Positions 8,946 through 20,152 of a stretch of DNA of 64,000 bases are shown in pieces (positions within the stretch are counted from its first letter, which is position 1; the number at the start of each line of letters is the position of its first letter). A program made the translations under genes and the position numbers. The notes under the pieces are model-generated. The model saw only the letters and a program-made list of their open reading frames with translations, ran no database searches and was not told the origin of the DNA. The stretch is from an uncultured delta proteobacterium (GTDB lineage: Bacteria > Desulfobacterota > Binatia > UBA9968), in assembly GCA_963804165.1 (NCBI GenBank), contig CAWDPO010000010.1, positions 64,001-128,000 on the forward strand. The letters are read 5' to 3'.

Positions 8946-9997
8946 TCTCTAACGAAGCATTCGTGCTGTCCTTGGGGTTATTTTTGTCGGGCATGGTGAG
9001 CTGGGCATTCAAGCGTTTGCCCGACGAGCGCTGGCAGTTCCTCGCTTCCGTGCCGATGATGAAGGACACCAGCGGTCGCTGGCATGGGCTCAATTTCACC
9101 TACTACGGGCTGCTTACCGCCAATGCCCTGGTTTTCGGCGTGGCGCTAATGATCATTCTCTTCAGCGCGCTACAAGTTCCGATCATCATCACCTTCGCGG
9201 TCATCTTCAGCGTGCTCGCGGTCTGTTTGCCCGCTGCGCGATGGGTCGCGATGCTCGTCGAAGGCAAACAATGCACCTTCACCATTGCCGGAGCATTCTT
9301 CGTCGGCATTTTCGTGGCGCCATTTGTTCTGTATTTTTTGAATTCTTCTTTGCTCTGGGCAGGCTACCCAGCGGTGCCGATCGTGCCGGCTTTGGCCGCC
9401 ATCATGATCGCTTATGCTTTCAGCGAGGGGCTCGGTCGCCTGGCTTGTATCAGTTTCGGCTGTTGCTACGGCGTGGCCGTGCTCGACGCGCACCCGTTTC
9501 TGCGGCGCATGTTTGACCGCTGGCATTTCGTTTTTTCCGGCAACATGAAGAAAATTTCTTACGCTAGCGGCTTGGAGGGAAAACAGGTCGTGCCGATCCA
9601 AGCAATCACTTGTTTGCTCTATAACGGAGTCGGCTTGGCTGCGACGCTGATGTTTCTCCACGGCAACTACGCGCCGGCATTTCTTTCCAGTATGGCGGTG
9701 ACACAGGGCTGGCGCGCTCTTTCCGAAATTCTGCGCGCAGATTATCGCGGCGACGGAAAAATCACCACTTACCAAGTGATGGGCATCTTGGCGATCGCAT
9801 TCGCGGCCGCAATCGTTACCGTAATACCAACCGAGCGCGGCGGCGCTCCAGATTTGTCGGCCGGCATCGAAGCCATCTGGCGCCCCGAGGTGCTTCTCTT
9901 GCTCCAAGCGCTCTGGACCATCGTCTTCATCATGTTCGGGAAAAGCATGGTGACCGGAGCGCAGATATCCTTTCATCTCCGCGAAGACCGTATTTAA
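8942..9997 (+). CDS. Prolipoprotein diacylglyceryl transferase (Lgt)-like integral membrane protein
   Basis: About 9 TM helices; TYYG, LGRLACISFGCCYG, PIQ, EILRAD motifs resemble the Lgt family. Confidence 0.65.
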   Translation: MISNEAFVLSLGLFLSGMVSWAFKRLPDERWQFLASVPMMKDTSGRWHGLNFTYYGLLTANALVFGVALMIILFSALQVPIIITFAVIFSVLAVCLPAARWVAMLVEGKQCTFTIAGAFFVGIFVAPFVLYFLNSSLLWAGYPAVPIVPALAAIMIAYAFSEGLGRLACISFGCCYGVAVLDAHPFLRRMFDRWHFVFSGNMKKISYASGLEGKQVVPIQAITCLLYNGVGLAATLMFLHGNYAPAFLSSMAVTQGWRALSEILRADYRGDGKITTYQVMGILAIAFAAAIVTVIPTERGGAPDLSAGIEAIWRPEVLLLLQALWTIVFIMFGKSMVTGAQISFHLREDRI

Positions 9998-10074
9998 ACT
10001 CATGTCTTAACGAACGACCTCCCTTCATGCAATCCGATGTGGAAATGGAAATGCCGAGCTGCTGTAGGTGCTGG

Positions 10075-12088
<2,014 letters not shown>

Positions 12089-12121
12089 TCAAGACAAAAG
12101 CATAAAATATGCTATATTGCT

Positions 12122-12517
12122 ATGCACCTAGCCATGCGCTTCCGCTTCCGCATAACCGTACCCCAGCGTTGGCCAATTTATGTTTTTGGCGCGCTCATCG
12201 TCGTGTTCTCTTTGGTCACCATCGTTGGTAAGCATGGAGCACTGCATCTTTGGCGGCTGCGCGGGGAAAAGGATCGACTTGATGAGCAGAATTTTCGCAT
12301 GCAAAAGGAAAATGCCATCCTGCGACAGCGCGTTTATCGGATCCGCAACGACGATGCGTTTCTTGAAAAGCTAGCCCGGGAGGAGCTCAATTTGGTCCGG
12401 CCGGGTGAAGTGGTCTATCGCTTCCCGAGCCAGGGGAAAAGCGGTGCTGCGCGCCAGGGAATTAGCGGCTCTCCTTCCGGGTCGCGCCCGTCAGCGGCAC
12501 GAAAAGAACCGCGTTAA
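12122..12517 (+). CDS. ftsB: Septum formation initiator FtsB/DivIC family
   Basis: Single TM, coiled coil, LEKLAREELNLVRPGEVVY motif. Confidence 0.85.
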   Translation: MHLAMRFRFRITVPQRWPIYVFGALIVVFSLVTIVGKHGALHLWRLRGEKDRLDEQNFRMQKENAILRQRVYRIRNDDAFLEKLAREELNLVRPGEVVYRFPSQGKSGAARQGISGSPSGSRPSAARKEPR

Positions 12518-13241
12518 AATCCTCGATGATCGGCTTCCCCGCTGATTTTCTGGCCCGGATTAGTCTTTGATTCCGCTCCCCTTCTCCCAACGGCATCACC
12601 AATCGTCCACCTTCGCGAAGTTGTCGCCAAAGCGGTGCGGGAATCTTGGGTGCGGCCGCGGTCACGAGAATCGCGTCGAAAGGGCCTTGTTCCTCCCAAC
12701 CGTAAAATCCGTCGCCAACTTTGAGCCGGACGTTATTGTAGCCTAGATCTTCTAAGACTTTTTTTGCACGCCCGCTTAGGATCGGCAATATTTCTATAGA
12801 AAACACCTCGGCTACAAGCCTGGCCAGCAGCGCTGTTTGGTAGCCCGATCCGGTGCCGATTTCCAGCACTCTTTCATTCGATCGGAGTTCCAACAGCTCG
12901 GTCATCAAGGCAACGACGTAAGGCTGCGAGATGGTCTGACCTTCACCGATGACCAGCGGGCGATCCTCGTAAGCCGAAGATCGCTGCCGCTCGGGCACGA
13001 ACAGATGTCGCGGAATCGAGTCAATCGCCGCCAGTACTCGCTCATCCTTGATCCCTCGCCCGCGTAGATCACGGGAAACCATTGTGCGGCGTTGCGGCGC
13101 AAATGCGTCCTCGTGTTGCGGCGCGCGCGGGTTTAACTGCGCGGTTTGCACCGGAAAACTGATAAACGCACTGACGGCGATAACCGCAATGAGCAGGAAA
13201 CGTCTAGGGTGTGTCCTTGAATACGAAATGATAATACTCAT
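12462..13241 (-). CDS. pcm: Protein-L-isoaspartate O-methyltransferase (start uncertain)
   Basis: IPRHLFV, AYED, GQTISQPY, VLEIGTGSGYQ, PFDAILVTAA, FVPL. Confidence 0.93.
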   Translation of the reverse strand: MSIIISYSRTHPRRFLLIAVIAVSAFISFPVQTAQLNPRAPQHEDAFAPQRRTMVSRDLRGRGIKDERVLAAIDSIPRHLFVPERQRSSAYEDRPLVIGEGQTISQPYVVALMTELLELRSNERVLEIGTGSGYQTALLARLVAEVFSIEILPILSGRAKKVLEDLGYNNVRLKVGDGFYGWEEQGPFDAILVTAAAPKIPAPLWRQLREGGRLVMPLGEGERNQRLIRARKSAGKPIIEDFNAVLFVPLTGATRKESR

Positions 13242-13590
13242 CCATGTCCATTAGGTCGTCGAGTTTGGAGCCGTCTTGCAAACGAACCTCGATCAACCAC
13301 CCTTCACTGTATGGATCCTCGTTAATGATCGAAGTGTGATTGTCGAGATGCGGATTGACAGCCAGGACGGTGCCCGATATCGGCGAGACGAACTCATGAA
13401 CGGTGGATACGGATTCGATCTCGGCGAAGACTTCGCCTTCCTCGATCTTATCGCCGATGTCGGGAAGCTCAACGGAAATCACCGTACCCAGGGCGCCTTG
13501 AATATAATTGGTCAGACCGAGAAAAACATGTTGGTCGTCGACCCCGACCCAGACATGTTGTTCGCTGACTTTGACTTCCTTTTCGGCCAT
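13204..13590 (-). CDS. gcvH: Glycine cleavage H-protein-like protein lacking the lipoyl lysine
   Basis: SEQHVWV, GLTNY, LG..ISVELP, SPISGTVLAVN, INEDPYSEGWL; ESVST where ESVK is expected. Confidence 0.8.
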   Translation of the reverse strand: MAEKEVKVSEQHVWVGVDDQHVFLGLTNYIQGALGTVISVELPDIGDKIEEGEVFAEIESVSTVHEFVSPISGTVLAVNPHLDNHTSIINEDPYSEGWLIEVRLQDGSKLDDLMDMDEYYHFVFKDTP

Positions 13591-13776
13591 ATTTTTTAAT
13601 TCCACTATAGGGCGTGCCAACTTGCTGTCAAGGGAGTAACGCTGCGATCGCATCATCGGTTGAACTTGACAACCTTGGCGCATTCGCAGTAGCGATGAGG
13701 ACATGGATCGGGTTCGTCGCGTTCTTCGTTGAGGGTGTGCGGAAGCCCCGTACCACTGGATTCTTTGCGATAAGAA

Positions 13777-14289
13777 ATGGAGACTTTGGACACAAAAGCG
13801 CCGGCGGCGGCCATCGTCGCCGGCCTTAAGAACGCCGGTGTCGACTTCGTGGCGACTCTGCCCGACGAGAAAATGCTGGAACTGATCCGCGCAGTGGAAA
13901 ATGATCCGGGGCTGAAGCACGTGCCGCTTTGCCGCGAGGAAGAAGGCATCGGCATTTGCGCCGGAGCTTATCTCGCGGGAAAGAAAACTGCGATCATCAT
14001 GCAGAACGCGGGTTTCTTAAACAGCTGCAACGCGCTTACCACCACATCGTTGCAGTTTCAGATCCCGATCTTAATGTTGATTTATTATGCCGGCGACATC
14101 GGCGATCGCGGTTTTACCACCCTCGGAACGGTTACGGAACCCGTGCTGCAAGCTATGGGTTTTCGCACCTACGTATTACGCAAAAAAGATGAGATCGACA
14201 CGACTTTGCGCGGGGCGCAAATCCTGGCCGAAGACTCCAAACGACCGGTCGCGGTGCTTTTGACCAAAAGCGTGCTTGGTGTAAAGTGA
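13777..14289 (+). CDS. comD: Sulfopyruvate/phosphonopyruvate decarboxylase alpha subunit (ComD-like)
   Basis: GVDFVATLPD, CREEEGIGICAGAYLAG, MQNAG..NSCNAL. Confidence 0.8.
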   Translation: METLDTKAPAAAIVAGLKNAGVDFVATLPDEKMLELIRAVENDPGLKHVPLCREEEGIGICAGAYLAGKKTAIIMQNAGFLNSCNALTTTSLQFQIPILMLIYYAGDIGDRGFTTLGTVTEPVLQAMGFRTYVLRKKDEIDTTLRGAQILAEDSKRPVAVLLTKSVLGVK

Positions 14290-14888
14290 AACAGCGTTAC
14301 GATTACTTGAAGGTCGTCGCGACTGACGCGGCCGATGCCCTGACCGTTTGCACGGGGTGGGGCGCGCGCGAGTGGTGGGCGGTGCGCCCGAGCGACGGCA
14401 ATCTCAAGACTCGCACACTGGGATTAGTCTCGTCCATCGCCGCCGGTCTCGCCATGGCTCTGCCGCATCGCAAAGTTATCGCCATCGATGGCGACGGGGC
14501 ATTTCTCATGAATCTTTGCGGCCTGCCAACCATCGCGCTACAGAATCCGGGCAATCTCATACATCTGCTGTTCGACAACGAAGTCTACGAAGCTTCCGGC
14601 GGCACGGCCACCGCGTCGCGTAATTCTGACGCCGTCATGATCGCCAAAGGCGCGGGTTACAAGCATGCCATGTGGGTAAAGACGACGGAAGAATTTCGCG
14701 CGGAGTTTGTGAGCGCTTGGAATCGCAACGAGTTGACATTGATCGCGGCGAAAATCAAACCCGGCCAGCCGAAAGACCTTCCGTCGCTCAAAATGGATGA
14801 AATCGAGAACAAGTATCGCTTCATTCGCTACCTGGAAGCGACGGAGAAGAAGGGAATTTTGAATCCCGGTTTTGATTCGAAATTGTGA
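14286..14888 (+). CDS. comE: Sulfopyruvate/phosphonopyruvate decarboxylase beta subunit (ComE-like)
   Basis: GTGA overlap with alpha subunit; IDGDGAFLMNL...DNEVY ThDP motif. Confidence 0.8.
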   Translation: MKQRYDYLKVVATDAADALTVCTGWGAREWWAVRPSDGNLKTRTLGLVSSIAAGLAMALPHRKVIAIDGDGAFLMNLCGLPTIALQNPGNLIHLLFDNEVYEASGGTATASRNSDAVMIAKGAGYKHAMWVKTTEEFRAEFVSAWNRNELTLIAAKIKPGQPKDLPSLKMDEIENKYRFIRYLEATEKKGILNPGFDSKL

Positions 14889-14890
14889 AG

Positions 14891-15925
14891 TTATTTGAAG
14901 CGAAACCGCGACGGTTCGGCTTTAATCGGGTTGACACCGTCCCCCTGCGCTTTTCTGGATTCTTTCGCGAGACGGGCCATTTCCGCGCGCGATATCTTAC
15001 CATCGCGACGCGGTAAGCCCAGCCAGTTCCATTGGTCCGGATAATCTCGAATGGCCGCCTCGATGTAGCGAGTGAACACCGCCGTGGTGGCGACAACTCC
15101 TTTATCGAGATTTTCGCGCGCGATCGGGGTAATCGGCGCGCCCACCGTAAGAACGACCGAATTGTCGAATCTCCGTGTCGCGAACATGGGTAAAGTCACC
15201 GCTCCCGTGCGCAGCGCCAGCGTCGCCGGGCCGCGTGGCGCTGGCACTTTCATGCCGAAAAAATCAACCTTCACGTCGCCGGATTTAAACTCATCGGCGA
15301 TGATTAATACGATTCGGTTTTCGCGCAACGCCTTTAGAATGCTGCGCACGGCATCGCGACGAGGTTTGGCGGAAATTGTGTGGATGCCGATTTGTGCGCG
15401 ATAGTCGTCTGTCACTTTGGCAAACCGTGCGTCGGCCGGATGCTTCACGACCACGCTAAAGGGATAACCGCTCGCCGCCAGTCGTGCGCCGATCATCGTG
15501 AAGGTCCCCAGGTGCGCGCTTAAGGCAAGAACGCCCTTGCCCTTTTCGAGCGCGCGTCGGATATGTTCCTCTCCTTCCAAGGTGACCGTCGCAATGATGC
15601 GTGCCTTGGAGAAATGCATCACGCTTGCGGTATCCAGCACACCGCGGGCAAAATTCAGCCATGCGCGCCATGTGAGCTCTTTCTGCTTTTCGCGGTCTGG
15701 AACTTCTTTAGCCAATCCCGACGCGATGTTCTCTCCCATCCTTTTGCGGTAATCGCGCATAAATACATAGGTCGCATGCGCCATAAACCGCATAAAGCCC
15801 ACCACCAGCCAGTGGGGAACATACGGCAAACAACCGATAAAGCCCCTCAGTGCATATTCACCGCAGCGGTAACGAAAACTGTATAGCAATCCTCGGAAAG
15901 TTACTCCGCTCGCTTTTCTAGCCAT
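14891..15925 (-). CDS. Lysophospholipid acyltransferase family (LpxL/HtrB-like)
   Basis: GKGVLALSAHLG, VLIIADE, VDFFG, IRDYPDQWNW. Confidence 0.8.
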   Translation of the reverse strand: MARKASGVTFRGLLYSFRYRCGEYALRGFIGCLPYVPHWLVVGFMRFMAHATYVFMRDYRKRMGENIASGLAKEVPDREKQKELTWRAWLNFARGVLDTASVMHFSKARIIATVTLEGEEHIRRALEKGKGVLALSAHLGTFTMIGARLAASGYPFSVVVKHPADARFAKVTDDYRAQIGIHTISAKPRRDAVRSILKALRENRIVLIIADEFKSGDVKVDFFGMKVPAPRGPATLALRTGAVTLPMFATRRFDNSVVLTVGAPITPIARENLDKGVVATTAVFTRYIEAAIRDYPDQWNWLGLPRRDGKISRAEMARLAKESRKAQGDGVNPIKAEPSRFRFK

Positions 15926-16039
15926 GCCGTATCTATGAATTCCTTTGCGAGGCATTTCAAGGCGAATTTTAGTCAAAATAATGGGCGGTGACAGACGGGG
16001 TCCGTCACCGCCCGCGGAAGTTGCAATGTTAGGGTTATC

Positions 16040-16498
16040 CTATCGACCGGCCGCCCTTCGCAATCGCTGTCCCGACCTGCGAGAGATCGCCATGCCACGT
16101 TTGTGTTTTTTCGGCCGCACCGAAAGCTGGTAGACCTTGGCTTGGGTGCGTTGCGCCAAGGCCTTGTCCTTCCACGTGACCATTCCCCGACGAAGATAGT
16201 CGGGATGCAATCCCAAAGCTTCACAGACGCTGTCGAAAGCGAATATTCCCTCGCCGGCGACCTCCATAATCCAATCTTCGGACTCGCGAAACAACGCTTT
16301 GCCTTTACTATCCTGAGCGAAGACGTACTTTTGAAAACACGCTATGGCGTCTTCCAAAATCGCCAGCATGAGCTTTTTTTCCGGCTCCAAATGCAGCTTG
16401 CGCCGAAACGTATCGAGATACTGATCCGGCAAAAGCGTGTCCGGTTGAAATAGCGAAGTCACGCGTTCTTCCATGCTAAGTCCAGTGTCGTAACTCAT
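16040..16498 (-). CDS. Hypothetical protein with basic C-terminal tail
   Basis: GGAGG RBS; coherent ORF (PEKKLMLAILEDAI..FAFDSVCEALGLHPDYLR) co-oriented downstream of the Rrf2 gene. Confidence 0.7.
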   Translation of the reverse strand: MSYDTGLSMEERVTSLFQPDTLLPDQYLDTFRRKLHLEPEKKLMLAILEDAIACFQKYVFAQDSKGKALFRESEDWIMEVAGEGIFAFDSVCEALGLHPDYLRRGMVTWKDKALAQRTQAKVYQLSVRPKKHKRGMAISRRSGQRLRRAAGR

Positions 16499-16561
16499 AA
16501 TCACCACCTCCCGTTTGGGTGCGGCCTAATTCCAGACGAATGGAAAAATCATTCATCATGA

Positions 16562-17017
16562 TCACGCCGCACTCGAAAGAGAAGAAGAGCCAATCAACTC
16601 CTTGCAGGCGGGTTGCCGCAAGGCCGCAATCGTGGTCCGACTGAGTACTTCGGTAATACTTCGCTGCACCTCACTCCACACTCCGATCATCGTGCAACGG
16701 GGCAGCTGGTCGCAGCTCAATTCATCGTCCAGGCAAACGTTGACCGCGATCGGTCCTTCGATCGCCTCTATGACGTCATAGAACGAAATTGCGTCTGCTG
16801 GTCGCGCCAACGTGTACCCGCCCAGAGAACCCCTTTTCGACTTGATCAGCCCGCCGCGAATCAAGTCCTGAATTATCTTTTCCAAAAATTTTCGCGGCAC
16901 CCCCTGGTGCTTGGCGATTTCCGCAATGGAGCAGCATTTCTCCGGGTCTTGATCCGACAAGTAAATCACCGCGCGTAATCCATAATCGACCCGTCGAGGA
17001 ATCTGCATGAGACCCAT
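16562..17017 (-). CDS. Rrf2 family regulator (IscR-like)
   Basis: YGLRAVIYL, IAEIA, FLEKI, IKSKRGSLGGYTLARP, three C-terminal Cys. Confidence 0.9.
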   Translation of the reverse strand: MGLMQIPRRVDYGLRAVIYLSDQDPEKCCSIAEIAKHQGVPRKFLEKIIQDLIRGGLIKSKRGSLGGYTLARPADAISFYDVIEAIEGPIAVNVCLDDELSCDQLPRCTMIGVWSEVQRSITEVLSRTTIAALRQPACKELIGSSSLSSAA

Positions 17018-17021
17018 AGCT

Positions 17022-18248
17022 TTACCCCCTTGCCCTGATCGCGCCGGCACCTGCTTGTCCTTCGGATCGCGCCTGCTGTGAGCTTCGCAGCCTACCCAAA
17101 GCCGAAAGCCCCTCTAAGCGTTGGACGATCGTCGGCATCCTTTCGTTCACATAACGAATCTCGTCTTCGGTATTAAATCGACTCAAGCTGAAGCGCACCG
17201 CGCCCTGGAGCCAATCATCCGGCACTTTCATTGCGCGCAGCACGTGAGAGGGCTCTGATGAGCCGGCGGTGCACGCCGAGCCGGTGGACGCGCAGATACC
17301 TTGTTGGTCTAGCAGCACCAGGATCGATTCGCCTTCCAGATAGCGAAAGCTGACGTTCGAAGTGTTCGGCAAACGATTTTGCCCTTGACCATTGACCCGG
17401 CTACCCGGACAGGATCGAAGCAGCAAGTCTTCCAGTTGATCGCGCAACTGTTTAACACGAATCGAATCCTCGGCCATATGGCCAAGCGCGATCTCGGCAG
17501 CTTTGCCCATGCCGATAATCGCCGCGACATTTTCAGTGCCGGCGCGGCGATTGCGCTCCTGATGGCCACCGATCATAAACGGTGGAAACGTTAGACCACG
17601 CCGCACGTAGAGCGCGCCAACCCCTTTCGGCGCATAAAATTTATGGCCTGAAACCGTGAGCAAATCGATGGGTAGATCTTTAACCTTTAACAGGAGCTTG
17701 CCGGCAGCTTGCACCGCATCGACATGAAACGGTATTCCTTTCGGTCGAACGATCGCGCCAATTTCTTCGACCGGAAAAATCACGCCGGTTTCATTGTTCG
17801 CCCACATGATCGACACCAGCGCAGTGTCGTCGGTCAACGCCGAGCGAAGCTCGTCAAGATTCAGCGCGCCGTTTTCATCCACACCCAACCACGTTATCCG
17901 GTAACCCTTCTTCTCCAAGTGCTGACACAATCCCAACACTGCTGGATGCTCGACTTGAGTCGTCACGATGTGGCGCTTGCCCGGCCGTGCTTCGAGCATA
18001 CCGCGGATCGCCGCGTTGTCTCCTTCAGTCCCGCAGCTAGTGAAAACCACTTCGATGGGATCAGCCGCGCCGATCAGGGCGCCAACTTGTGCCCGGGCAT
18101 CGGCGATCTTTTGCCCAACTGCGCTGCCGAACCGATGGATGCTCGACGGATTGCCGTAGAATTCCGTCAGATACGGCAACATCGCCTCAGCAACCTCGGG
18201 GAGTACCCGGGTCGTCGCGTTGTTATCGAAATAAATCTCGCCTGCCAT
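17022..18248 (-). CDS. nifS: Cysteine desulfurase, NifS-type
   Basis: YFDNNATT, FTSCGTE, SGHKF PLP lysine, RRAGTEN, STGSACTAGS. Confidence 0.9.
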   Translation of the reverse strand: MAGEIYFDNNATTRVLPEVAEAMLPYLTEFYGNPSSIHRFGSAVGQKIADARAQVGALIGAADPIEVVFTSCGTEGDNAAIRGMLEARPGKRHIVTTQVEHPAVLGLCQHLEKKGYRITWLGVDENGALNLDELRSALTDDTALVSIMWANNETGVIFPVEEIGAIVRPKGIPFHVDAVQAAGKLLLKVKDLPIDLLTVSGHKFYAPKGVGALYVRRGLTFPPFMIGGHQERNRRAGTENVAAIIGMGKAAEIALGHMAEDSIRVKQLRDQLEDLLLRSCPGSRVNGQGQNRLPNTSNVSFRYLEGESILVLLDQQGICASTGSACTAGSSEPSHVLRAMKVPDDWLQGAVRFSLSRFNTEDEIRYVNERMPTIVQRLEGLSALGRLRSSQQARSEGQAGAGAIRARG

Positions 18249-18318
18249 AAAATTCTACGTATCGACGTATGAATTAGATTTACGTGAACCTGTTCACCCT
18301 AAAACCGAGCCCGTGCGG

Positions 18319-19779
18319 TTAGCCGACGCTTCCCTCCAGGCTCACACCCAGAAGCTTTTGCGCCTCGACCGCGAACTCCATGGGCAATTCTTTGAATACC
18401 TGCTTGCAAAAACCATTGACGATCATATTGACCGCGTCTTCGGTGGAAATACCGCGCTGCCGGCAGTAAAACAACTGATCCTCGCCTATCTTCGAGGTCG
18501 ATGCTTCATGCTCAACCTGCGAAGCGTTATTGAGCACTTCCAGATACGGAAATGTGTGCGCGCCGCATTTGTCACCCAGTAACAACGAATCACACTGCGA
18601 GTAGTTCCGTGCGCCGGCCGCGCCTTTCATGATCTTCACCAATCCGCGATAAGTGTTTTGACCGTGGCCCGCGGAAATCCCCTTGGAAATGATCGTGCTT
18701 TTGGTGTTCTTGCCGATATGAATCATCTTCGTGCCCGTATCGGCTTGCTGGTAATTGTTCGTCAGCGCCACCGAATAAAACTCGCCGATGGAGTCGTCGC
18801 CCTGCAAAAGACAGCTCGGATACTTCCATGTAATCGCCGAACCGGTCTCAACCTGCGTCCATGAAATCTTCGAGCGCTCGCCCAAGCACTTGCCGCGCTT
18901 GGTGACGAAATTGTAGATGCCGCCCCTACCCTCAGCGTCGCCGGGGTACCAGTTTTGCACTGTGGAATACTTGATCTGCGCGTCGCGATGCGCGATGAGC
19001 TCCACCACCGCGGCGTGCAACTGGTTTTTATCGCGCATCGGCGCGGTACAACCCTCGAGATAACTTACCGTCGCGCCTTCTTCGGCGACGATCAGCGTGC
19101 GCTCGAATTGACCGGTCTCCGCGGCATTGATGCGGAAATAGGTCGACAGTTCCATCGGACAGCGCACTCCCTTTGGAATGTAGCAAAACGAACCATCGCT
19201 AAACACCGCGGAATTGAGCGACGCGAAGAAATTATCCGTGTAGGGCACCACGGAACCCAAATATTTCTGCACCAGCTCCGGATGATTCTGCACTGCTTCG
19301 GAGAAAGAACAGAAAATGACTCCCAACTCGGCGAGCTTTCCTTTGAACGTCGTTGCTACCGAGACGCTATCGAACACCGCATCGACGGCAACGCCGGCCA
19401 GAGATTCCTGTTCCTTGAGAGGTATACCCAACTTCTCATACATCTTGAGCAGCTCAGGATCGACCTCTTCCAGACTCTTCGGTCCGTCCGTCTTCGATTT
19501 CGGCGCCGAATAATAACGGATCGCCTGGTAGTCGATGGGCGGATAATGCACCATCGCCCACTTCGGTTCGGCCTCAGATTTTTCCAGCTTCGCCCAGTGG
19601 CGGTAAGCTTTGAGCCGCCATTCGAGCATGAACTCCGGCTCGTTCTTTTTGGCGGATATGAAGCGAATAATTTCTTCGTTCAATCCGGGAGGAACGGTAT
19701 CGGCTTCAATGTCGGTGACGAACCCATACTTGTACTCGCGCCGGGTCAGATCTTCGACCGTGTTCGTGGCTGTTTTCAT
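18319..19779 (-). CDS. sufB: Fe-S cluster assembly scaffold SufB
   Basis: [58 protein letters not shown]. Confidence 0.97.
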   Translation of the reverse strand: MKTATNTVEDLTRREYKYGFVTDIEADTVPPGLNEEIIRFISAKKNEPEFMLEWRLKAYRHWAKLEKSEAEPKWAMVHYPPIDYQAIRYYSAPKSKTDGPKSLEEVDPELLKMYEKLGIPLKEQESLAGVAVDAVFDSVSVATTFKGKLAELGVIFCSFSEAVQNHPELVQKYLGSVVPYTDNFFASLNSAVFSDGSFCYIPKGVRCPMELSTYFRINAAETGQFERTLIVAEEGATVSYLEGCTAPMRDKNQLHAAVVELIAHRDAQIKYSTVQNWYPGDAEGRGGIYNFVTKRGKCLGERSKISWTQVETGSAITWKYPSCLLQGDDSIGEFYSVALTNNYQQADTGTKMIHIGKNTKSTIISKGISAGHGQNTYRGLVKIMKGAAGARNYSQCDSLLLGDKCGAHTFPYLEVLNNASQVEHEASTSKIGEDQLFYCRQRGISTEDAVNMIVNGFCKQVFKELPMEFAVEAQKLLGVSLEGSVG

Positions 19780-19795
19780 AATCTGTTACCTTCTC

Positions 19796-20128
19796 CTAGG
19801 AAACCGCAAATGACGCACCGCAACCGCATGATTTCTTGACGTTTGGATTCTGGAATACGAAACCGGATTGCATCAGTTCGTCTTTGTAGTCTAATTCCGT
19901 GCCGCTCAAATAAAGCAGGCTTTTCATGTCGACTAAGAGTTTCGCGCCGTCTTTTTCAAAAATCTTATCGGTCGCTTTCGGAGCGTCGAAATCGACTTTA
20001 TACTGCAGGCCTGAGCAGCCGCCACCAACAACCTTCACTCTCAATGCCTGGCCCTCGCGGCTTTCGGCGGCGATCAATTCTTTGATCCGCGCCGCGGCAC
20101 GCTCAGTGAGGCTGACTCCCATGGCCAT
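19796..20128 (-). CDS. iscA: A-type Fe-S carrier (IscA/ErpA/HesB family)
   Basis: GGGCSGLQY and NPNVKKSCGCGASF. Confidence 0.92.
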   Translation of the reverse strand: MAMGVSLTERAAARIKELIAAESREGQALRVKVVGGGCSGLQYKVDFDAPKATDKIFEKDGAKLLVDMKSLLYLSGTELDYKDELMQSGFVFQNPNVKKSCGCGASFAVS

Positions 20129-20152
20129 AAATCTCTTCCTCCTCTAAGTCCT

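Noticed and set aside
13591-13920. Long N-terminal extension of GcvH in the ORF track
   Set aside because: Overlaps the divergent comD-like gene; H-protein homology starts at ATG 13590
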